Source: Oikopleura dioica
Lineage: Eukaryota > Animalia > Chordata
Assembly (NCBI GenBank): GCA_907165135.1
Contig: OU015568.1
Span: 15,263,208-15,327,207 of the forward strand
Reading direction: 5' to 3'
Length of the DNA stretch: 64,000 nucleotides
In this document: piece by piece, positions 46,902 through 54,802 of the stretch
Numbering within the stretch: position 1 is the first letter of the stretch
How the letters are laid out: each line of letters opens with the position of its first letter
The notes under the pieces: generated by a model
Databases searched by the model: none
The model's input: the letters and a program-made list of their open reading frames with translations, nothing else
Told to the model about the DNA's origin: nothing
Translations under genes and position numbers: made by a program

Positions 46902-47038
46902 CCCTGAACCATATGTATTTCCGGGCTAACCATCCCCCTCCTACAACCATACCCAACAACCACATCTGAAAACACCAATCGATTATAAGGAATTATCACT
47001 GAAAACCGGAATTAATAAGATTTCTTTCAAGATTGAAA

Positions 47039-47700
47039 ATGAGCTCCCCAAGAGATTCGAACCTAGCTCCAAAAACCGAGCCGGAAATAAAGGTAAATAA
47101 ACAAAATGATAAGAGCTAATCTTCCCTAAGGAGGAATCCGTTCATCTCGAGCTACTCAAATCCTACAAGCACCTCCTTCCGAACCAAATCTACAATTATG
47201 CCAAACTTGTCGTTAAACGAGTAATGACAACTGACCCAAAGCTTTCCCCAAAAGGCATCGTGACCAGCGCAGTTTATTTGGCGTACAAATTTTCGCCAGA
47301 GCCAAAAACAACAACAGCCATCGGAGAAATGCTGAAATGCCCAAATTGGATGATTTACAAAACCGCACCGTTAGTACGGACACGATTCAACAAGGAGACC
47401 AAAAACGAGCTAGAGATTGCAAGAAAATACATCGATCAACAAGCTCATCTCGCTGATTCGGATTGGATCACTCGGGCAAGACAAATAGCCGACCATGCCT
47501 GGCACCCCAACATCAAAGCGAGCCCGAAAAGAATTGCTGCATCATCCGCGTACTTAGCATACAAATTTTCGCCAACACCAATGTCGGCGAGGAAAGTAGC
47601 ACAGCAATGGAACTTCTCCACAGCGCAAATTCTGGCAACAGCCCAAACCATTCAGAAGCATCTCAAAATAGTCTGTTTTATTACCGCCCGGCGGGAGTAG
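47039..47700 (+). CDS. TFIIB-core-like (two cyclin-fold repeats, no Zn ribbon); intron 47093-47130; 207 aa
   Basis: Repeats GIVTSAVYLAYKF and RIAASSAYLAYKF. A 38-bp intron (GTAAAT...gctaat...ccctaag) supplies an in-frame ATG exon. Confidence 0.7.
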
Positions 47701-47749
47701 ACTGCTTGAACAATCAGAGTTACCGATCTTAACCTGAACCCGATTTCAG

Positions 47750-48524
47750 ATGGCTAGCTTTCGCTGCTTAGGTTGTAACCTGAATTGCGAGGAGATTCGA
47801 AAACCCTGGAATTGCCCGAATTGCAACAGTAAGTTCATCGATCTAATAGGAAAATGGAAAAAAGAAGACGTGGTAGACAAGACCGGTTACAACAATGGAG
47901 AGATTCTCTTCAAAATCGTTGCAAACCACGAGAGGGCAATCAGCCAAATCAAACACTTGATGGAACTTAGTAACTGTCGAACCTCTGCACATGTAAGTGC
48001 CCTAGATGGTTGGGAAAAAGTAAAAAATTAATCAGGGTGAAACAAATGAAAACGCCCAAACACCGGGGCCTACTCCATCAACGGAACCACCGAAAGACCC
48101 AACAGGCAGAAAGACGTCCGGGCTTTTAGAAGAAAAGAACAGTTTCAAAAAGGCACCGACTTCTGTTAACCTTGAAGGACGGAATCAATTGAAAATGAGA
48201 CCACAGCCAAGGGTAGGAGAAATAGAAGGTATTCGGGGACAGTGCCAAGGAAGATACCTCATACCAAATGGGAAGCGTAGACATAAACAAAAAACAATTG
48301 AAGAAATTGGGACTCGCGAATATGAAAGACGCGAGGACACACTTCGACATTCCACCATGCATGAGACTCTTGAATACCCTTGCGGCATCTGCATGGAAGA
48401 ATTCGCGGCCAAGTGCTGTTCATTCCTCCCCTCGTGCGGGCACACTTTCCACACTCACTGCATCCTAAAATGGCTTCTCCACAAAAATACCTGTCCAATT
48501 TGCCAGGAAATCATAGCAAAATAA
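47750..48524 (+). CDS. RNF126/RNF115-like E3 ligase B: Zn ribbon + RING-H2 (intron 47993-48035; 243 aa)
   Basis: FRCLGC...CPNCNSKFIDLI; CGIC...CGHTFHTHC..W...CPIC. A 43-bp GTAAGT...CAG intron joins them in frame. Confidence 0.8.
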
Positions 48525-48576
48525 AATAATAATAAGAAAAAGATAACTCTGACACTCTTAACTTACCCTGTTAAGT

Positions 48577-49421
48577 ATGGACGAGAACCAAGAGGAAGCA
48601 GCACAAACTGAAAACGAAGAATCACCGCATAATTCAAGGCAGAAGGAACAAACACTGCCATGTTTCTTGGAAGAAATAATGACACCACCGAAGAAAATAG
48701 GGCGCCTAGAAGTAATCAACCCAGATGGAACAAGAACTTTGCAACAATTCGTTGAAGGAGGAGCCACGTGCGAGGAACTGCAAGCACTCTTAGACTCACT
48801 TTCACGCATTGAATTGACAGAATGGGAAAAAGAGGTAGGCGACCCCTGCCGCATTTGCCTGGAAGAATTTGACAAAACAGCAAACCTTATACCCACCTGT
48901 GGACACTTCTTTCACCAACATTGTCTACGAAACTGGCTCATATGGAAGGATTCTTGCCCACTATGCATCTTACCGGTAAACGAGAACAGATTGAACATGA
49001 CCCGAAAATACTTTAGGTTAAGCCGAAAGGAACCATCCCAATAACAATTAAGGATTGGCTGGAAAAGAAACATAAAGTTAAGTACGAATCGTTGCTCGAT
49101 GCGGTAAATATACTTGAAAAGAAGGAAGAATATGACAACATCAACTCACATTTCCGCCTCGAACCGGACGGATCGCTCATTGAAATAAAAATCATCTTCA
49201 GGAAAGTCGAAGGCGAAGAATTGGAGGAAAGGCTCATGCTGACAAAGAAAATCAAGATAAGCGCAGTAGAAAAGTACGAAAGTGATTGCGGGCTCTGCCA
49301 GGAAGACCTGCCTGAAGACATATCGGTCATGACATGCTGTTACGCCTACTACCATAATGCGTGCCTGCGAAAATGGCTAGCAAACAGACCTTACTGCAAG
49401 TACTGCAACACCCCCCTATAA
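48577..49421 (+). CDS. Tandem double-RING protein (intron 48976-49016; 267 aa)
   Basis: RING-H2 CRIC...CGHFFHQHC..W...CPLC and a second RING CGLC...CCYAYYHNAC..W...CKYC. A 41-bp GT-AG intron joins the ORFs in frame. Confidence 0.75.
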
Positions 49422-49481
49422 GATTGAAGTTGCAACAGATTCAGAAACCACCTAAATTAAAATATACCAAAGGATAGCACT

Positions 49482-50351
49482 ATGATGTTTAGAATGCTCT
49501 CCACAAACACATTTCAGCTCTACGTATGGCTTCCTACCGAAAACATTTTTTTCGAGAACCATGTCTCGAGGAACCAACAAGGATTCCGGGACGCACGGAA
49601 AGCAGGGCTCTCCGACGAACAATTGACAAGTCTCTTTCTCATAACACTGACACCAGAACAAAGGAGTTACGAGACTCTCCTCGACGAAATTGAGAAAACA
49701 AATTTTGATCTATGCGTAGATCGGATGAGGAAGATTCTTACCACGAACCTGGTATACGATCGAGACTTGCCATACCTCGACGCCAAGGAAAAATTCCGGC
49801 TCTATGTATGGGGACCAAACGAAAAAATCAGCTTCGCACAACATGTGGCAAGAAACAGACAAGGGTTCAACAGCGCAAGAAAATGTGGGCTTCTAGATGT
49901 TGATCTCACTCGTCTTTTGTTTATGACTCTCAGACCAGAGTTTGCACACCTCGAGAAAGGCCTAAATAGGAATGAAAAAACCAAACTCGAGCTTTGCATC
50001 GAGAGAATGAAGAAATGTATTTCAGCGAAACATCAAAACCATAATAAGGGGAATGAAGTAAACGGAAAACGCAAAGAAGGCGAAGCCCTGATCATTTTCT
50101 TCGGACGACTCTGCGCAGATCTGCAAAAGTCACCTGGCGAAGAACCACTATCAGACGCCGCGGCCCTCAGAATAATTTACCCTATTCTCCTACAGAACTG
50201 TGGCCCTGCCGAGTTCCATACCCTTGTCAAATATAAGAGCAGCGACGGAACCCAAGATTTAACCTTCAGAGCGCTTGCAGCTAAACTAGGGAACCTGCAC
50301 GTACCCTACGGTGGCATACAAACAAGACCAAGACGCGCTATTAATCGCTAG
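49482..50351 (+). CDS. Capsid paralog 2 with tandem-duplicated CA N-terminal module (289 aa)
   Basis: FQLYVW..ENI.F..HV.RN.QGF..ARK.GL.D..LT.L...TL.PE occurs twice and matches Gag FQLKNWKTEENITYWEHLTRN...GLTDSQMVSLFMLTLRPE; then RKEGEALIIFFGRL. Confidence 0.85.
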   Translation: MMFRMLSTNTFQLYVWLPTENIFFENHVSRNQQGFRDARKAGLSDEQLTSLFLITLTPEQRSYETLLDEIEKTNFDLCVDRMRKILTTNLVYDRDLPYLDAKEKFRLYVWGPNEKISFAQHVARNRQGFNSARKCGLLDVDLTRLLFMTLRPEFAHLEKGLNRNEKTKLELCIERMKKCISAKHQNHNKGNEVNGKRKEGEALIIFFGRLCADLQKSPGEEPLSDAAALRIIYPILLQNCGPAEFHTLVKYKSSDGTQDLTFRALAAKLGNLHVPYGGIQTRPRRAINR

Positions 50352-50444
50352 AATCCCTTAGCTTTAATTATAATTAAGCCCGCATTAACCGCAAGTAAAT
50401 CGGAACTGAGAGTCCAATACCGAACATTCAGATTGAAAAAGACT

Positions 50445-50657
50445 ATGCATCTCGCTCCGCAATTCTGGCATAAATGGCTCTCGTGCCTTTGCCTAGCAAC
50501 ACCAGCTGACCCGACGATTGAGGGAAGGGAGCAGGTGACCCGGAGAGTTCCTCTCCGCGACAAGATCAAACGAAAACTAGGGATAAGTAAAACCCAGAAT
50601 CGGGAGGCCCCCGAAGAAGAAATCTTGATCCCATCTGCACCTACCCGAACTCCATAA
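50445..50657 (+). CDS. Small cargo ORF (70 aa) with PSAP motif near C-terminus
   Basis: ATG after acceptor acattcag; ends LIPSAPTRTP. Confidence 0.45.
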   Translation: MHLAPQFWHKWLSCLCLATPADPTIEGREQVTRRVPLRDKIKRKLGISKTQNREAPEEEILIPSAPTRTP

Positions 50658-50703
50658 ACTCTCGAACTAAAGCCCCTCCAATCTTAAACTGTTCAGAGTC
50701 AGA

Positions 50704-51675
50704 ATGGATAAACATAAAATTATCGGAGAAAAGGCAAGTGGGCTGCTTTCTGGGCTCAATGATTTGCTCCCACACCTCGGTCCCCTCGGTAAAGTCTGGT
50801 ACGCAACTTTGCTGGTAAGAAGTATTGTCCTATTAACAGTTGGTACGGAAATTTATTCAAACGATTCAGGCGGATTCAGATGTAGCACCAAACAGCAACT
50901 GTGTAGCTCAGTTTGCTATAACCAATTTTTACCAGTCAACCTGACTAGATTTTGGACTTGGCACCTCGTCATTATTGGGATCGTCACTCTGGGGCTCGGA
51001 CATCTTATCCTGAAACCCGCAGAAGACGTACAGCTTATGCGATTACTCGAACACGACATAAACCCAAAACCGACAGAATTAATCGTCTGGCCAAATCGCC
51101 AGGACCGGCCAAGCTGGACATTTCAACTGAAGAGGCTTAATGAACTCCGCTCAAAATATGGGCATATGCAAGGCTTCAAAGAAAAATACAAAGGTAATCG
51201 CCTGGTCATCACGACACCATCAACGAACTGGAAACGAATCTTGTTCCTAACCAGTCTGTGCGTCATTGACCTTATTTTTCTAATTATGAATTTTGTGCTC
51301 CTCAAACACCAATACAACCACGAAACACCTTGGACGACCCTCCTTAAGGCAGGACAACTGTTGAAGACCCCAGCTTCATTTATCTGCAAAATTGATAAAT
51401 ACGCGATACTATCAGAAAAAGAGACGAGGAATTTCGCGGAAACTGGATATGATCCTGCTGACCCGCGTTACTTCTTCTGGAAAGCACAGCACGCATGTGC
51501 CCAATCCGAGTCCGTCTGTACTGTCGACAAATTCACGGAAAAAACGTTTATCTCCTGTACCATGATCGGTGCAACCCTAGCGGGCACTCTATTGCTAGCA
51601 ACAGGCGGACTGTTTTACCTGATTAAAATAATTCATAGAATTCTGTCAAGACAATGGAAAATCAGGCGGACGTAA
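50704..51675 (+). CDS. Connexin (gap-junction/hemichannel protein), intronless, 323 aa
   Basis: GKVW TM1; EL1 FRCST.Q..CSSVCYN...P....RFW; EL2 C...C...C with FTEKT; four TM segments; very short C-tail. Confidence 0.92.
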   Translation: MDKHKIIGEKASGLLSGLNDLLPHLGPLGKVWYATLLVRSIVLLTVGTEIYSNDSGGFRCSTKQQLCSSVCYNQFLPVNLTRFWTWHLVIIGIVTLGLGHLILKPAEDVQLMRLLEHDINPKPTELIVWPNRQDRPSWTFQLKRLNELRSKYGHMQGFKEKYKGNRLVITTPSTNWKRILFLTSLCVIDLIFLIMNFVLLKHQYNHETPWTTLLKAGQLLKTPASFICKIDKYAILSEKETRNFAETGYDPADPRYFFWKAQHACAQSESVCTVDKFTEKTFISCTMIGATLAGTLLLATGGLFYLIKIIHRILSRQWKIRRT

Positions 51676-51712
51676 AATTCGACTACCAAATTGTAACGAA
51701 ACACGCTTTAGA

Positions 51713-52622
51713 ATGTCTGCTCCAGGCTGCTCTCTTCCCGCCTTTACCTGCTCATATCATGGCCCAAAGCACATAGCCGACGAAAGGCTTGTGACAGGAG
51801 ACCTTATCTGCAAAATATGCGGACTTGTCGTAGGAGAAAGATGCCCACCACTCAACCCAGAAAAATCAATGCGAGTGACGGCCATCAAACCAAACGAAAA
51901 CTTGCCAAAAACTTTCACCCGGAATAACGAAGAAACAGGGGACGAATGCATCATATCAAACGAGGCCCAACTATCCAACCGCGAGAAAAATAGGTTACAA
52001 ACTGTCCTTCGGGAATGTGAAGACCTCATCGAAGAAGCAGGAGCCCGATTGATATACTCAGGACTCACTAATACAAAACTACGAGCTTACGAACTCATCA
52101 AAAAGCTATACCTCAAAGAAAAACAGGGAACAACTTGGTACTTCCACCGCCAAAATCGCGCAGAACCCGTGGCAATAGCGGCGTGCCTCTACCTGGCCAG
52201 TAAGCAAGAGAACTGCGACCTGAGCTTGGAAGAAATCTGCCAGGCAACTGGCACCTCTCCCCCTAATCACCCAGAGAATGATTCGCAAATTCGATACCTT
52301 CCTCAGAACAGCAAAAATCGACGCACACATTAAAAACAGAATCAAACCTTACATCCAAAGAATAGCAGCTGCGCTTCGATTAACTAATCACCAAGCGAAA
52401 GAAATCGAAGCGCATGCCATCCTGATAAGCAAAGAAACCCCATCAGCCACAACCTCAGCAAAAACGCTCGCCGCCGCCAGCACCTACGTATATATCGACC
52501 GAATAAACCGACCAAAGTCAGTCAAGGAAATAGCAAGACTTGTGAACGCGGGAACCCGGCGGCTTCAAATCTACATCGCAGAACTCCCTCGAACACTCGG
52601 AGGAAGAAGAGAAAGGGAATAG
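51713..52622 (+). CDS. TFIIB homolog (Zn ribbon + core), split by a 1-nt frameshift in a C-run near 52258
   Basis: CSYH...GDLICKICGLVVGER Zn ribbon; AIAACLYLAS...SLEEI and TLAAASTYV...KSVKEIA cyclin repeats. Deleting one C joins the two ORFs. Confidence 0.88.
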
Positions 52623-52858
52623 AAGGAAAAGGTGATTACTATATAAACGCGATGGCGCTACAAAACCAACACTAACCAATTACGTAGTTAATCCCGCTCG
52701 ATCCTGACAAACAACAACTTAAACACCCAGAATATAGTAGCTGCCACCCATTTATGTCTGTACCCATTATTTCGAACTTCAAACAAAATCTTTATGCCTT
52801 ATGAATAGCGCTCACTCCTTTAAAATAGGCCACTTTCATCCAACATCCGATTTTTAGT

Positions 52859-53479
52859 ATGTCAATCCTTAAAGAAATCCAAACGATCCAAGCCGCGTCA
52901 AACCGACGAATTGTAAAAACGCTGCTCCTCCCAAGAATGGTCGGAATCGAAATACCCATTGGAACCATGACCCTTCGTGATGAGCAGCCCGTCCAAGCCA
53001 TGTACGATTTTATCGATAAAGTCACCGCTTCCGCCATCACCTACCGGTCCATCCCGAACTTAAACTCTGACGCTTTCCTGGACGCCTTTCTGAATCAAAT
53101 CCCAAGACAAGAAACCGAGCAATGCGTTCTACTTTGGATCGCAAAAACCATCATCGTCGCCCATATGACCTTCCATGAAACCAGAGACCGACTGATCGCA
53201 TACCTCACGGATGCTTTCCAAACCAAGTATGGTCGACGTCAGATCCCATTTCGACCAATAGCATTGCCAAGAAACGAACTCCAAGACAAACTCCAAGCGA
53301 TCGAAATCCGCGTTAAAGCGGTCGCTTCTACTATCATCCTCGCCAAACGCGTGGTCAAACCCGGCTTGCCAAAAATGGAGCCAACTCCGGCTAGAAAAGG
53401 GACCAGACAACGAATGCGAAAAATCCAACGTAACAGACGAAAGTGGTCGGCATCGAGCACCAAATCCAATGAGGCTTAA
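52859..53479 (+). CDS. Last cargo gene (206 aa): candidate Rev/Rex-like RNA export adaptor (NES + Arg-rich motif)
   Basis: ELQDKLQAIEI fits the CRM1 NES spacing phi-x3-phi-x2-phi-x-phi; RKGTRQRMRKIQRNRRKW resembles the lentiviral Rev ARM. The function is inferred. Confidence 0.55.
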   Translation: MSILKEIQTIQAASNRRIVKTLLLPRMVGIEIPIGTMTLRDEQPVQAMYDFIDKVTASAITYRSIPNLNSDAFLDAFLNQIPRQETEQCVLLWIAKTIIVAHMTFHETRDRLIAYLTDAFQTKYGRRQIPFRPIALPRNELQDKLQAIEIRVKAVASTIILAKRVVKPGLPKMEPTPARKGTRQRMRKIQRNRRKWSASSTKSNEA

Positions 53480-53532
53480 CCAGTTAAAAATTTACTGTAC
53501 TTCTTTTCCTGTCTCTCTCTTCCAGATTCCCT

Positions 53533-53545
53533 AAGGAGGGTAAAG
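53533..53545 (+). other. Polypurine tract
   Basis: AAGGAGGGTAAAG directly abutting the 3' LTR. Confidence 0.8.
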
Positions 53546-53852
53546 TGTTATGATATAACTTATGTTTATGCAGCTGAGTGCCCAGGTTAGCCTGAGCATC
53601 TCGTTCCATCCTGACGATATGCCTCGTGCATAATTGATCAACCAATAAGAACCTGGATGGCTCGGGATGCAGCGTAGGATAGCCTGGGGGCTCAGCGATC
53701 AGTATATAAGGAAGACACCTTCCTTCAGATCAGTAACGTTCTCATTTCATACCATGTGCAAGACATGAAATAAAACACAAAATACGTTATACCAAAATAT
53801 GCGTTAGTTTTTATTGCAAGATTGATACACCATTGCAAGGCAGCGCATAACA
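53546..53852 (+). repeat. 3' LTR (307 bp)
   Basis: Direct repeat of 16491-16797; followed by TSD CCGT. Confidence 0.97.
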
Positions 53853-53856
53853 CCGT

Positions 53857-54735
53857 GCGTTGCGAACTGCCGGCCACCAACAGGACATTCTGCTCGAGCT
53901 TGGTATTGAACTTGGCAGTCGACCAACGCTAGCACAGCGCGCGGGCCTCATAAAATCAAAACCGAAAAAATGGACAGAGAGCGATTGGAAATCCCTCGAA
54001 ACATCCCTCTTGCAGAAACGCGCCTTTAGAGACATTTGTTCTATCTGCCTCAACCGACATGGGAAGCATCCGATTGCTATGACCACCTGTGCGCATGTTT
54101 TTCACCAAAGTTGCTTGAAAGCGACGAGGCAATCGAAAACTTTTCACAAATGTCCGCTTTGTCGGTAATGCCAAATTATACTTTCCAATAATTTATGCAA
54201 CTTTAGTGAAGAATATAAAGAAAAAGTCACGAAACGCGGTCTCCGAGCGAGCCAGAACTACGCGGCAGCTCAAATCCAAGCTTGTGTTCGATCGTTTATG
54301 ACGAGGCGACGTCTGGTCAAGAATTTTTCCTCCCGTCCGAACGTCAAAGCTCTCAAGTCCGAGTACGAGTCGTTTATTCTACGGAATTGGTCGAAAGAGG
54401 CCATTTCTTCTACTTCGACGATGATTTCCGAAACGGACAAGCTACTTGAAGCGTCTGAAGATGCACTCGCCGCCTCGAGGAGGATCTTTTCGCAGATCAA
54501 GCTAGCGCCAGAAAAGGAGAGCGAAGAATTCCAAGCGGCGGCAGAACGCTGTGTTCAAGATCGCTCCTGCTCAGTTTGTCTTTGTCCGTTCAAGGGAAAA
54601 ACAGTTGCACTTCTTTCTTGCTCGCACGTGATTCACGACACTTGTAGAATTCAGCTCGAGTCTTTTTCGGGCAAAACGTTGTGTCCAGTTTGCAGACAAT
54701 CGTATTCTTTCAAAGCTTCTGATCTTATGTCCTGA
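53857..54735 (+). CDS. RNF32: RING-IQ-RING protein RNF32, disrupted: first codons ATG AAC CGT lie at 16482-16490
   Basis: PTLAQRAGLI...W, RING, IQ motif AAAQIQACVRSFMTRRRL, second RING. The empty-site join gives MNRALRTAGH in frame. Confidence 0.85.
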
Positions 54736-54802
54736 TTTTTTTATTCTGATAAAGTTTTATTTTCACAAAATAACTATTTATCATTCATGCTTTCAGAAAA
54801 GA

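Larger units (their letters stand above)
16491..53852 (+). mobile_element. Giant (37,362 bp) Ty3/gypsy-type LTR retrotransposon with ~30 cargo genes
   Basis: Matching 307-bp LTRs; 4-bp TSD CCGT (16487-90, 53853-56); PBS after the 5' LTR; PPT before the 3' LTR; gag with CCHC and pol in PR-RT-RH-IN order. Removing the element restores the RNF32 reading frame. Confidence 0.95.

Noticed and set aside
52250-52280. Programmed +1 frameshift in TFIIB at CCC-CCT
   Set aside because: Single-base homopolymer indels also appear in a host gene (AGTPBP1 ~6870) and between the arms of the foldback, so a sequencing error is at least as likely. Raw reads are needed.
40608-53479. Classical env gene
   Set aside because: No long ORF with a signal peptide, furin site, fusion peptide and C-terminal TM was found.
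16798-53545. Nested DNA virus or Polinton inserted in an ordinary LTR element
   Set aside because: No DNA polymerase, packaging ATPase, jelly-roll capsid, internal TIRs or internal TSD were seen. Gag-derived capsid paralogs occur on both sides of gag-pol, and the cargo shares its strand and composition. Not fully excluded without other copies.
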